Shown piece after piece: positions 50,830-61,290 of a stretch of 64,000 bases of DNA (positions are counted from its first letter, which is position 1; each line of letters opens with the position of its first letter). Source of the stretch: Obrimoposthia wandeli (taxonomy: Eukaryota); NCBI GenBank assembly GCA_977020255.1, contig CDROCS010002814.1, positions 62,001-126,000 of the forward strand, written 5' to 3'. The notes beneath the pieces were generated by a model that did not search any database, was not told where the DNA came from, and worked only from the letters and a program-made list of their open reading frames with translations. The position numbers and the translations under genes were made by a program.

Positions 50830-51481
50830 ATTGACTCCATTTGTTTCGGTATTATCTGGACAAGAGTTTACAGTTTAATGATTTTGTTGCCAGCATTGAA
50901 ATTTAACAACAGAAAATTGATAGAAGAGTTAAAAATTAATAGAGTAGTGTGTAAAGCCCTCAAAATTAAATTCAGAGGTTGATTTAGGCCGACCGTGAGC
51001 ATAGCTACTTACTCCATCTACCTAAGAGATACGGTATATGAAAGCATAATTAAAGATTAAAACCCTACCAACGAAATTATTATCATTGACGCTAATGATG
51101 AAGAATGCAGCAGGGTCAGTTATAAATGATCTGAGGGCAGTTTAACGACTTAGTCATTATTTAAGGAAGAAATACTGATTAGTAGGTTAGTAAACTGCTG
51201 CACAAGGGCTGCCAATAAAAGGAGTGTAAGCTGGCTGAGCCACTATAGGTTTAAGAATTATTCTAAAGATGTTTATGAATGAATATTTTTACAAAAAATT
51301 GAGATATTTGTCGTTATATTAACGAATAGTTCGAGGAAACAGATGATAACCTATAGTAAATGAATAGTCTTTATGGCAGGATTAATCGCATTTATATCAA
51401 TGCCTTATTCAAATCCAAAAAATCGAGTTATGTAGTTATGAGAAGCTGAGTATGTAATAGCTTTGCAAGAGGTTTTTAAAA

Positions 51482-52312
51482 GTGAGTTGGCAATACCATA
51501 AGAATATTCTGAGACAAAGGTTGGTAACAGCGCTAATACTCTGGTTTATGATCAGTACTTCGGCGGTGGCTGAGAACAATTTAAATAACCCCCAAAAAGT
51601 AGCGCGTACGATTGAAGACTTAAACTGGATCACTGAAGAGTACCCGCCATTTAACTATCGAGATCCCAAGACGGATGAGATAAAGGGTATAGCGGTAGAG
51701 GTGTTATTAAGAATTTTTAATAAACTAGGGGTTTCCAAAGAAAAGCTGAATTTCAAAATACACCCCTGGGCTCGTGGCTACCATAAAGTCTTGAATGATC
51801 CTGGAACGGTTTTATTCTTGACAACTTATACAATGGATCGACTTCAGAAAATGAAATTTGTAGGGCCTGTCGCGCCTAATATGATTGCGGTTATCGCCCC
51901 AATATCTAGCCAATTGTCTATTAAGTTTGCCGAAGATTTAAATCGACTCCATATAGGCGTAGTAAGAGATGATATAGGGGAACAATTATTGATTAGTCAT
52001 GGAGTTAAGCCTGGATCTATTGATCGATTAAACTCAGGGCTAAGTATGATGAAAAAAATGGCTGCAGGTAGAATTGATGCTGTGGCTTATTCACACGCGA
52101 CAACACAGCTTTTATTTAAAACTGCGAACATTAATTCGAATGAATACGAAATTATCCACGTATTAAAAAAATCGACGATGGGTTACGCCTTCCACAATGC
52201 TACCGATGTCCGAATCCTTGAACCTATTCGAAAAGCTCTTCATGAGTTAATCGCCGACGGCACTTTATCGGATTTGCAAGTCAAATATGGTTTGAAATCA
52301 GCCAATGAATAA
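51482..52312 (+). CDS. Extracellular solute-binding protein, family 3-like
   Basis: Signal peptide; ITEEYPPFNY, GIAVEV, HPWARG and GRIDAVAY. Confidence 0.88.
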   Translation: MSWQYHKNILRQRLVTALILWFMISTSAVAENNLNNPQKVARTIEDLNWITEEYPPFNYRDPKTDEIKGIAVEVLLRIFNKLGVSKEKLNFKIHPWARGYHKVLNDPGTVLFLTTYTMDRLQKMKFVGPVAPNMIAVIAPISSQLSIKFAEDLNRLHIGVVRDDIGEQLLISHGVKPGSIDRLNSGLSMMKKMAAGRIDAVAYSHATTQLLFKTANINSNEYEIIHVLKKSTMGYAFHNATDVRILEPIRKALHELIADGTLSDLQVKYGLKSANE

Positions 52313-54482
52313 GTTTAAAAATGGTATTGGTCTTCGCTTACTGCGTTACGTTTTTGGTTGTTATTTAGTTGTTGCCTTGCTTGTTACTGGTATTCAGTTA
52401 ATGTCTGAGTACCGCCATGTAAAAAGTGATGTATTTAATCAAATGTATGAACTTGAAATGTCGTTCAAAGATAGCTTTATGAATTCGATATGGTCATTCG
52501 ACACCCCTCAACTCAAGGTCACACTGCTTGGAATGGCGAAAATAGATACCGTATCAGGTATCAAAATAGTCACCGAACGTAACAAGATTTTAGCTTCTAT
52601 CGGCGATATCGTGACAGAAGATAGCCAAATTCTATTGAGTAAAAACTTGGAAAGCCCAGGGATTAAAGAAATAGAGTTGATGAAGTCAGGTTCAAAAGTT
52701 GGTCAAACTTTATTCGAATATAGATTTCCGCTGGAACACCAGGAGGGCGAAAATGGTCCAGTGGATCTGATTGGTTACGGGCACATTTACACCGATGTCA
52801 ATACGATAATTGATCGTGTTAAATACAGTTTTATATTAATTATTATCAATTCGTTAATAAAGACCGCCGCTTTGTGGTTATTCTTTTTGTATTTTGTTAA
52901 CCGATTTATTGCTAAACCATTAGATGCATTAGCTAATGCCGCCAGCGCATTAAACCCTGACAAACTCGAAACACTTAATAGTTCAAAAGCTCTCGATGCT
53001 GTGCTAAAGGCTAAACATGACGATGAGCTCTATTTGTTAGCGACTAATTTTGATCAAATGCGCATCGCAATTGTCGATAAAATGAAGGTTATTGAATTAC
53101 AGAAAAGCAAACTGGAAGAACGTGTTTTAGAGCGTACGAAATCCCTCTCAAGAGTTAATGAAGAACTGCAATATTTAGCACTGCACGATGCTTTGACTTC
53201 CTTGCCCAACCGAACATTATTCCAAGATCGTTTGGATCAGTTTCTTAAGACTGGGCAGCGAGATAGCAGTCGATTTATTGTGGCTAGTATCGATTTAACA
53301 AAATTCAAGGACATCAACGATAATTATGGTCATCAAATAGGAGACTTGGTACTTGAGGAAGTGGCTAAGCGGCTATCTGGTGTTCTGCGCCTATCTGATA
53401 CTCTAGCGCGTATGGGAGGAGATGAGTTTTACGCCTTGCTGGCGCTTGACAACGAGTGTAATGGAGAAATAATAGTTCGAAAATTTATCAAGGCCCTTCA
53501 AGACCCTATTATCTGCAATGAGGCTAATATTGGAAGTATACTAATAAGCGCTAATGTAGGTGCTGCGATTTACCCTCAACATGGAGAGGATGCAGATTCA
53601 CTGGTTAAAAATGCCGATATGGCAATGTATCAGGCAAAAAAATCTGGTATTAGCTATGCACTTTTCAGCCCTGAAGAAGATTTAAGAGTGAGACGGCAGT
53701 TAAAATTGAGTCAGGACTTTAATGCTGCGCTAGAAAGTGGCCAGTTATTCTTAGTTTACCAGCCAATATTGGAAATAAAATCCAAGCGGGTTACTAAGAT
53801 AGAAGCATTAGTTCGATGGCAGCATCCGATACTGGGGTTGATTTCTCCCGTTGAATTTATTCCTATTTGTGAGCGCAACAGTAGTATTCATGAGCTGACT
53901 CAGTGGGTATTTCATCAAGCCTGTATGCAGTGCAAGCCATATATTCAAGCAGATAAGTCTATATCGATTTCTATCAACCTATCCGGTAGAGTATTTAGCC
54001 AGCCTGAAATACCCAACATACTGGAAAGTATATGCACAATGTTGAAAATACCATCTGCAAATATAAACCTGGAGATTACTGAAACCACTGCGATGGCAAA
54101 ACCTGACCAAGCTATCGAAATTTTAAACCAGCTAACTAGTAAAGGCTTTACGGTATCAATAGATGACTTTGGTACAGGCTACTCATCGTTTTCTTATTTG
54201 ACTATGTTACCAGTCAATGAGTTAAAAATTGATAAAAGTTTCCTACTTAATATTGGAAAGAACAGTGCCAAGGTTATAAAAGCGATGATTGACTTGGCGC
54301 ACTCATTGGGTCTAAGGGTTGTGGGTGAAGGTGTCGAAACAAACGCCTTACTAGAATTGTTAGAGGATATGGGGTGTGATTACGCGCAAGGGTTCTATAT
54401 TGCCAAGCCGCTGTCTGCTGATGATATGCATAAATTTCTACACGATCATAATTTTCGGCCTGATCTGCCGGCAGAAAACTAG
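52305..54482 (+). CDS. Membrane-anchored HAMP-GGDEF-EAL protein
   Basis: Two TM segments, HAMP (DDELYLLATNFDQM), RLSD..GGDEF, IEALVRW, DDFGTGYSS and EGVE; overlaps the upstream gene by 8 bp. Confidence 0.92.
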   Translation: MNKFKNGIGLRLLRYVFGCYLVVALLVTGIQLMSEYRHVKSDVFNQMYELEMSFKDSFMNSIWSFDTPQLKVTLLGMAKIDTVSGIKIVTERNKILASIGDIVTEDSQILLSKNLESPGIKEIELMKSGSKVGQTLFEYRFPLEHQEGENGPVDLIGYGHIYTDVNTIIDRVKYSFILIIINSLIKTAALWLFFLYFVNRFIAKPLDALANAASALNPDKLETLNSSKALDAVLKAKHDDELYLLATNFDQMRIAIVDKMKVIELQKSKLEERVLERTKSLSRVNEELQYLALHDALTSLPNRTLFQDRLDQFLKTGQRDSSRFIVASIDLTKFKDINDNYGHQIGDLVLEEVAKRLSGVLRLSDTLARMGGDEFYALLALDNECNGEIIVRKFIKALQDPIICNEANIGSILISANVGAAIYPQHGEDADSLVKNADMAMYQAKKSGISYALFSPEEDLRVRRQLKLSQDFNAALESGQLFLVYQPILEIKSKRVTKIEALVRWQHPILGLISPVEFIPICERNSSIHELTQWVFHQACMQCKPYIQADKSISISINLSGRVFSQPEIPNILESICTMLKIPSANINLEITETTAMAKPDQAIEILNQLTSKGFTVSIDDFGTGYSSFSYLTMLPVNELKIDKSFLLNIGKNSAKVIKAMIDLAHSLGLRVVGEGVETNALLELLEDMGCDYAQGFYIAKPLSADDMHKFLHDHNFRPDLPAEN

Positions 54483-54723
54483 TGTAGTATTGTCTAAGTT
54501 TGGTTAATCAATAATGAAACATGGTGCATAAAGCAGTATGTTTTTCGTTCTAAAAATTCTAAAGTATTTCAATGGGCAACCTGCAGAATGCCCTTGGGTT
54601 TTTCGTTTTTAATTATATAAAATGATAAAATCACAGTAGCATAAATAGAGTACTGTGTTGCAAATTTCAACACACAACGGCTACCATAAAACGGAAAACT
54701 TTGCCTTGCATAATGATCGATCA

Positions 54724-54751
54724 CTATTGGCTATTGGCTATTGGCTAGTGG
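54724..54751 (+). repeat. 7-bp tandem repeat x4 (last copy imperfect)
   Basis: CTATTGG x3 then CTAGTGG. Confidence 0.75.
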
Positions 54752-55258
54752 TCTTATTCCTTATGTGCTTGAGTAGTTTGTTAATCGTCCTGCAGTTAAT
54801 ATGGTCAATTTAGGGTGTTCAGTGCTGTAAGTGAATCTGTATCATCTGTTAAAGAGTTGTCTAGATAAGTAATTACAACAATACCTGCTTTATATTCAGT
54901 TAACGTAGAAAGTTTAGCGTCAACAGATGCTCCCTATTTTGAGCTGGTACTGCAATTCCTTAAAGGCAGAATAAGCTTGAGCTCTAAAATAGTAGGTTGA
55001 AAAAATCATATGTCTAATTTCACCTTGTCTTACTATCAATAAATGCGTTATAAAGAGATCACAATTGATCAATAAATTGGTAGTGTTAAGCGCTGCTCAT
55101 TTATATAGATCAAGGTTGTTTTGTTATCGACTTGTATTGCTTATAACTTAGTTCACCAAATAGTAATAATACCAAGCTAGCAGTTTTTTAATTAACTTTT
55201 TAAATGCTAAACTTATGTTAAAAATTACAATTTATTTTTATGACATGTAGGAGATCTG

Positions 55259-56155
55259 ATGAGCGAAGATAATTTAAAAGATCGATTTGATTTTTTAGCA
55301 GCAAATGTTGAAGAGATTGTATTGTTATTAAATAATCAAGGTGAAATATTAAGAGCCAGTGCTGGAAGTGAAAGTTGGTTACTGGTCGATAGTCTAGCAG
55401 GGTTATCTTTTCCGTTGTTGTTTTCATCTGAAATGATGACACAAGTGAATAATCAGATTAATGCTGCCGCTGAATCGACGCAAGCTGTGTGTAATCAATA
55501 TTCAATGAAAGAGAAAGAATCACCTGATTGGGTCGAGCTTGGTTTGAATGAGCCGCACATTTGGCAAACCCGCTGTCAGAAGGTAGCTGAAGATGAGCTA
55601 CTTTTTGTAATTGCTGATCGCAGCGAAGAGGTAAAACTTGAGCGCAAGATAGTTAACCAAGCTCAGCGAGACCCCCTCACCGGAGCTTATAATAGACGCG
55701 CTTTGATGACGGTGTTGAGTCAATCAGTAGCACAAGCGTTACGTTACGATTGGCTGTGCTCGTTTTTATTAATTGATATTGATGATTTCACTGGTTTTAA
55801 TGAAAGTTTCGGCTGGGATGCTGGCGATCTGATCTTGCAGCAGCTGGTGTCAAAATTACATGGCTTTAAAAGAACTGCCGATTTCCTAGCGCGCTATGGG
55901 GATAATCAATTTGTTATGTTTTTGCCAGAAACTAATATTGAACAATCAGGTTTAGCCGCTGAACGTATAAGAGTAATGGTTCAAGATTTAGAAATCCCAT
56001 TCTCACAAGGAGATTTAAATTTCACCGTGAGTATTGGTGCAGCTACCTTAAAAGAGCCCGAAGAAACGCACGAAACAATGTTGCGAAGAGCTGAAGAGCA
56101 TCTACAAGATGCAAAAGCTGTCGGTGCAAATAGCATCGAACTTGATAGTAAATAG
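55259..56155 (+). CDS. PAS-like domain + degenerate GGDEF domain
   Basis: RDPLTGAYNRR and LIDID are present; active site reads RYGDNQF; RTAD I-site retained. Confidence 0.88.
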   Translation: MSEDNLKDRFDFLAANVEEIVLLLNNQGEILRASAGSESWLLVDSLAGLSFPLLFSSEMMTQVNNQINAAAESTQAVCNQYSMKEKESPDWVELGLNEPHIWQTRCQKVAEDELLFVIADRSEEVKLERKIVNQAQRDPLTGAYNRRALMTVLSQSVAQALRYDWLCSFLLIDIDDFTGFNESFGWDAGDLILQQLVSKLHGFKRTADFLARYGDNQFVMFLPETNIEQSGLAAERIRVMVQDLEIPFSQGDLNFTVSIGAATLKEPEETHETMLRRAEEHLQDAKAVGANSIELDSK

Positions 56156-56188
56156 TTTTCTTTAGTGCCTACAAGAATAGGTTGCAAT

Positions 56189-56216
56189 AGAGGCTCACCT
56201 TTATGGTGAGACCTCT
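56189..56216 (+). terminator. Hairpin downstream of the GGDEF gene
   Basis: AGAGG-CTCACC-loop-GGTGAG-A-CCTCT. Confidence 0.45.
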
Positions 56217-56228
56217 GCACCGATTGCT

Positions 56229-56257
56229 CAGAGGGTATGATATCAGAGGGTATGATA
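56229..56257 (+). repeat. 15-bp-period tandem duplication
   Basis: CAGAGGGTATGATA(T) x2. Confidence 0.8.
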
Positions 56258-56463
56258 ATAGCACTGGATAGTACACAGCGTTAACAACCAGCTAAATACT
56301 CAAGAAATGGTGCGCATTAATTGCTGGGTTAGACCTGTAAATGCTGCTATCTCGCTGGTTGTTATTAAAATCCTACGGCCCTTAAAACTGTTGTATGCGC
56401 TTTAGTTACCTCGTTTAATTATCATTTTCTACGTTATTCAGAAATCTCATGGCAGCAATACAG

Positions 56464-57540
56464 CTAAGAGGACTCTTTGGTTGTTATCATTTCATTAAGT
56501 GCACCCACTAAAGTTTGCATCTGTTCATCAGTACCTATGCTAATGCGTAAGTAGTTGTCAATTTTCTGTGATGAGAAGTGGCGTACAATTATTTTTCTAT
56601 CTCTTAAAAATTCCATTATATCAATGGCTCGAATGCTATCATGCTTTACAAATAAGAAATTAGTATTAGAAGGTATCACGTTAAAATTTAACGCAGTTAA
56701 CTGATTCTGTGCCCAGTTGCGTGTAGTAATAACCTTCGCAATCGTTGCTTTGAAATAGTTTTCATCAGTAAAAGCAGCAATGGCTGATGCTTGTGCCAGC
56801 ATATCTAGTGGATATGAATTGAAGCTATTTTTTACTCGATCTAGCGCTGCTATTAAGTGAGCGCTGCCTATTGCAAACCCTATACGTAATCCAGCTAAAG
56901 AGCGTGATTTTGATAAAGTTTGGATCACTAAGCAATTGTCATATTTTTTGGTGAGATCAATGGCCGATTCAGCTCCGAAATCAACGTATGCTTCATCTAC
57001 CACAACTAGTGATTGTTGGTTTCGAATGAGTAAGTCTTCTATTTCAGATAGGGCTAACGTATGCCCTGTCGGTGCATTTGGATTAGCAAAGATAATACCA
57101 CCATTTTTAATACTGTATTTATCTAAGCTTATGGAAAAGTCATCCTCTATAGGAATTGCTTTGAAAGCGATATTGTATAGGTCACAGTACACAGTATAAA
57201 AACTATAGCTTATATCGGGCATTAAAATAGGAGCATCTTGCCTAAAAAAGGCCATAAAAGTATGCGCTAAAACTTCATCGGATCCATTGCCAATAAACAC
57301 ATTACTGTTATCTACGCTATAGTATTTTGCGATTGTGCTTTTTAACTCACTGCTTTCGGGGTCTGGATATCTGCGTAAATGATCTAAAGTAAAATGGGCT
57401 AATAGCGACTTAATTTTGGGCGTAGGAGGGTACGGATTCTCATTAGTATTAAGTTTAATTAAATCATTGATTTTAGGTTGCTCGCCAGGGGTATAGGGCA
57501 CAAGATTTAATAACTCACGACTCCAAAATTTACATTTCAC
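56464..57540 (-). CDS. hisC: Histidinol-phosphate aminotransferase, stand-alone
   Basis: KLNTNENPYPP, GNGSDEVL, NPNAPTG, VDEAYVDF, TLSKSRSLAGLRIG and LRISIGT. Confidence 0.93.
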   Translation of the reverse strand: MKCKFWSRELLNLVPYTPGEQPKINDLIKLNTNENPYPPTPKIKSLLAHFTLDHLRRYPDPESSELKSTIAKYYSVDNSNVFIGNGSDEVLAHTFMAFFRQDAPILMPDISYSFYTVYCDLYNIAFKAIPIEDDFSISLDKYSIKNGGIIFANPNAPTGHTLALSEIEDLLIRNQQSLVVVDEAYVDFGAESAIDLTKKYDNCLVIQTLSKSRSLAGLRIGFAIGSAHLIAALDRVKNSFNSYPLDMLAQASAIAAFTDENYFKATIAKVITTRNWAQNQLTALNFNVIPSNTNFLFVKHDSIRAIDIMEFLRDRKIIVRHFSSQKIDNYLRISIGTDEQMQTLVGALNEMITTKESS

Positions 57541-57832
57541 AGTTTTTTGATTCCTTTAAATGGATGTTTGATCAATGGTTGATAGTTAGTTGAGGGTAGA
57601 TAATCACTAATTTATGAAAGGTACATTCTAATAGTTGATCGCACCTGATAGTAACAACAAATCGAGCGATGATGTAGTTGATAAGTGATTTTTAAGCAAT
57701 AGATGTTAATTGCAGTTTGTTCAGCGTTTTACTATATTTGAAGTAAGTAACAGTAGAAAGCTATGGTTAGGTCTCATCTTCATCGATGTGACCTAACGTG
57801 ACGTTTTGAATTTAGCACTTGTAGGTTTCGCA

Positions 57833-58918
57833 TCAGTATCGTTTAGAAACAACTTTCATAAATATTTCGACCCAACGCTCACTAAATTCAACCCCAGCCT
57901 TTTTGTTTATCTCCAGTAGTGCACGCATGAGTGGGCGCTTGTGTAGAGTAACGCTCGTATGACCATGCGTTATTGCTTCAAAGGTATGCACGATGGCGAT
58001 TATTTTGGCAGCGGGGGATATATTATTACCTTGTAGGCCATTTGGATAGCCTGTGCCATTAATGAGCTCTTGGTGTTGCATTAAGTTTTGCCCCGCTAGA
58101 TGGGAACCAAATATAGAACGCATGAGTTGAGAAGATGTTTGTACATGTTGTCTCATTAGTGTTTTTTGTTTAGCGTTAAGTTTATCCTGCTTATTTAATA
58201 ATGAAATAGGTAAAAAGGCCATCGCTATGTCGTGAGTGAAAAGTGATGCGGCTAAATTAACTACATCTACAGGGCTGCCCGCTGCTAGATTCATTGAAAG
58301 CGCTAGTTGGCCAATTCTATCAGTTCGCCCTTTCCAGTATCCAATACGATCTTCACACGTTTTAGATAAGTGGTATAAAAATTTTAACTCTTCATTATCT
58401 CCAGAGAGCGCTTGTAACCAGTTTTTTGGAGTCTCAGATGAGTGTGTGGTATTAGGATCAATTATAGCGATTAATCTAATCATAATATCAGACGCTTTTT
58501 CAGCGGGACTAGCAATGAGTTCTTGTAATCCTAAGTCGATGGCGTCGTAGAGGGCTTGGTCATAGATAACTTGATGGTTTGTACTAAACTGATCCATAAA
58601 ATCTCTAGCTTTATCCATCAACAATAAAGTGAGATCACCGGTTTGATTAGAAAAGGGAATACCTCCCTTGCGTACTAAGTCCAATATGCTTTCTAGTTCT
58701 TGCAGCATAAGTACCATAGGGCCAAAACTGAGAAGGCTACTATTTGCTTTTACAGTGTGGATTGTTCTAAATAGGTCATCAAGTAACACTTTATCTTGTG
58801 GGTTGTGTTCTAACTCAACTATACGAGATTCACATATACTGTATTGTTCTAAGAATTCCTCATGAGCTTCTGTAAAGAGTTCACTGTCAATGGGGTCTTT
58901 CAAGTAAAATCTGGCCAT
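57833..58918 (-). CDS. CheA-P1-type Hpt domain fused to a partly degenerate HD-GYP domain
   Basis: LFRTIHTVKANS Hpt motif; THDIA and GTGYPNGLQG; HHE is replaced by QHQE and D.FDA by HTFEA. Confidence 0.82.
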   Translation of the reverse strand: MARFYLKDPIDSELFTEAHEEFLEQYSICESRIVELEHNPQDKVLLDDLFRTIHTVKANSSLLSFGPMVLMLQELESILDLVRKGGIPFSNQTGDLTLLLMDKARDFMDQFSTNHQVIYDQALYDAIDLGLQELIASPAEKASDIMIRLIAIIDPNTTHSSETPKNWLQALSGDNEELKFLYHLSKTCEDRIGYWKGRTDRIGQLALSMNLAAGSPVDVVNLAASLFTHDIAMAFLPISLLNKQDKLNAKQKTLMRQHVQTSSQLMRSIFGSHLAGQNLMQHQELINGTGYPNGLQGNNISPAAKIIAIVHTFEAITHGHTSVTLHKRPLMRALLEINKKAGVEFSERWVEIFMKVVSKRY

Positions 58919-59078
58919 TGTTTAATCCTTAGTTAAATGTGAGTATTTTATTGACTTTAATTATCATGATGGCGGTGTTGTATTGTTAGTTAAAGCGAAA
59001 TTCTATATAAATAATTGATTTTATTGATAGCCCAAAAATGCCAATTCTATAAAGTTTGTTAATTATAGTCTACAAAAA

Positions 59079-59753
59079 TTATGTTTCTGTTTTTATCAGA
59101 CAATAGATTCTAAAACCATAGATAAGTACTAATACATTCATCAAATCAAAACCTATGTTCAATAGTATCCGCAGGCTTTGAGAATCAGGAAATAAACTAT
59201 CAATAAATGATAATGCAAGTGACCTGAGTAATAAAACACCCACTGTAATAATTGCAATGCCCTGGAGCAGTGGCCAAAAATAGTTTGTGGTGCGCTCCCA
59301 GCTTTGTTTAAAGCACTGCATAGTGGATAGATTCTCTGTCACACAAATATAATCAGCAAGCGATAGTCGGATGCCAATATAGATGCCAGGCACAATAAAT
59401 GCCATAAATCCAAGGGATATGAGAAGCGTATAAAAGAAAAAGACTACCAGCAGTTTCGGCCAAAGCTTGATACTAGCGACAATGCATTGACTTGGGGAGT
59501 ATCGTTGTTCCTGCATGTTTGATTGCATGAAAACAATGGAAGCTCCCCAATATATAGGCATAAATAACAAATTGAAACCGGAAATAACCAGCATAGTATG
59601 GGCTAATTGTTCAGGTGTTTGGTTATTAAGGGATAAGTCAAATTGCGCAAAAATAAAATAGGAAAGAATAATAAACGGTAAGTTAATTATGGCTAAAGTT
59701 TTAAAATTATTGCGAAAGAAAAAAAGGCTTTGTCGAATATATTCAAATGTCAT
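59079..59753 (-). CDS. Integral membrane protein, YciC/UPF0259-like
   Basis: SLFFFRNNF N-terminus; IVPGIYIGIRLSLA and SWERT motifs; ~5-6 TM. Confidence 0.65.
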   Translation of the reverse strand: MTFEYIRQSLFFFRNNFKTLAIINLPFIILSYFIFAQFDLSLNNQTPEQLAHTMLVISGFNLLFMPIYWGASIVFMQSNMQEQRYSPSQCIVASIKLWPKLLVVFFFYTLLISLGFMAFIVPGIYIGIRLSLADYICVTENLSTMQCFKQSWERTTNYFWPLLQGIAIITVGVLLLRSLALSFIDSLFPDSQSLRILLNIGFDLMNVLVLIYGFRIYCLIKTET

Positions 59754-60547
59754 AAGTAGTTAATTTTATCTAGATAAAAGAACGGTTATTGTAGCAGTTG
59801 TCTGCCAATAATTTTAGCTTTAAATTCCAGTGTTAGGAAGAAAACAATGATATTAAACAATATCTACTTTGAAATATTTTACTCATGAAATTTATCCTGA
59901 AATAAGCACAAATATGTCAGCTATGAATATGCTATATATCAAAATTACTAGGTGAATATTCTCATAGAATACTCCAGAGCGCCTTTCTAAAATCATACTT
60001 TGAATAAGCTTAATAAATGAATAATTCAAATTAATAGGCTTTATGTATTACAAAGACAATTTCTTTAATGGCGATGCAAATAATAAATTAACAGCTGTGC
60101 GGAACGTATTTAGCGACTTTAGACTAAAAAGCGGAGTTTATGGTTGTAAATGAATATTTTGCGCTATTTGCAACGCTTTGTGATTGAGTGTAGTGATTAT
60201 GTTGAAGTCTCTAATCCTGTTTATAGAAGGACCTCAGTAATTGGTACGTTGCACAGCGCAGTAATATAGAATAGTCATTTCCTGCGAACTCTAAATATGC
60301 TGAACTACATGCTGCAACAGTGTTTGTAGTGAGAAAGGTTAATATTTAGATGTTTTGTCTTACAAATTTCCCAATTTTATAAGCAGTCGGGGTTGTGCAA
60401 ATCTGTCGTACGGCGCTATGGAGTTTAACCTGTTATTTGATTCTCGGTGGGAGTTAAAATATGGTGTTAACTGGTGTGATATTGTTTTGCGAAGTGTTTG
60501 TTTAAATTCACAGGCGTTTTAAAGGTTAATTTAGAGTTTATAATATT

Positions 60548-60577
60548 TTAAGTTGTGCGCAATTAAATAGTGAGCTA
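60548..60577. promoter_or_regulatory. Candidate OhrR operator upstream of ohr
   Basis: AT-rich imperfect dyad AAGTTGTGCGCAATTAAATAGTG resembling the AATTGT/ACAATT OhrR boxes. Confidence 0.5.
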
Positions 60578-60640
60578 TTCTTATTTTGGTTTTTGAAATA
60601 TTTAACAAAACTAAAATGTGAAAATTTAATAGGGTGATGC

Positions 60641-61081
60641 ATGAAACCAGAAAAAATTGTTTACACTGCTTTTGCACAGGCAACTGGCGGCAGAGAAGGT
60701 TGGGTAAAATCAAATGACGGTGCGCTTGATTTTGCATTAACAACACCAAAAGAGTTGGGAGGCGCTGGCAAGTTTGGGGTTAATCCTGAACAAATGTTCG
60801 CTGCAGGTTATGCAGCTTGTTTTATTGGTGCTTTAAAGTTTGTCTGCCAAAAACAGAAAGTGAACCTACCTGAGGATACTAAAATTGCGGCTGAAGTGGG
60901 CATCGGCCCAACAGTAGAAGGGTTCAACATTGCGGTAGTGCTTAATATTGCATTACCGGGCCTTGAGCGAGCAGCGGCTTTGCAATTAATTGAAAAAGCG
61001 CATGGTGTTTGTCCTTATTCAAATGCAACACGTGGGAATATTGATGTTGATTTGAATTTAGTGACAAAAGAGAACGCTTAA
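60641..61081 (+). CDS. ohr: Organic hydroperoxide resistance protein
   Basis: ATGGREG, NPEQMFAAGYAACF and CPYSNATRGN (both catalytic Cys). Confidence 0.97.
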   Translation: MKPEKIVYTAFAQATGGREGWVKSNDGALDFALTTPKELGGAGKFGVNPEQMFAAGYAACFIGALKFVCQKQKVNLPEDTKIAAEVGIGPTVEGFNIAVVLNIALPGLERAAALQLIEKAHGVCPYSNATRGNIDVDLNLVTKENA

Positions 61082-61178
61082 TTCTAACGTGCTGAACAGA
61101 ATATAGAATTAGTATTTTAAATACACTGTAGCCCTCTACCAAAGAAGCTTTCTTCACCTCTCACAAAAGTGTAAGCTC

Positions 61179-61203
61179 AGCGGGTAATTTATAATTACCC
61201 GCT
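61179..61203. terminator. Perfect hairpin between ohr and ohrR
   Basis: AGCGGGTAATT-TAT-AATTACCCGCT. Confidence 0.55.
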
Positions 61204-61290
61204 ACACTACTTTATCCGGTACTTTTTAATTATTATACTCTTTAGCTCTAGTGCCCTAAACCCAATAATTTTGATAATAGTAAATATACA

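Noticed and set aside
50830-51481. Long leader before the SBP/GGDEF-EAL pair as a possible c-di-GMP riboswitch
   Set aside because: No GEMM (GGCAAAC..GAAA..GACGCAAA) or c-di-GMP-II signature found by eye; an Rfam scan would be needed.
54483-55258. 776-bp intergenic gap
   Set aside because: Only a 7-bp microsatellite found; no ORF, RNA or IS signature I can support.
56464-57540. Stand-alone hisC and monofunctional pheA (40027-40860) as novelty
   Set aside because: Both arrangements are known in gammaproteobacteria; ordinary.
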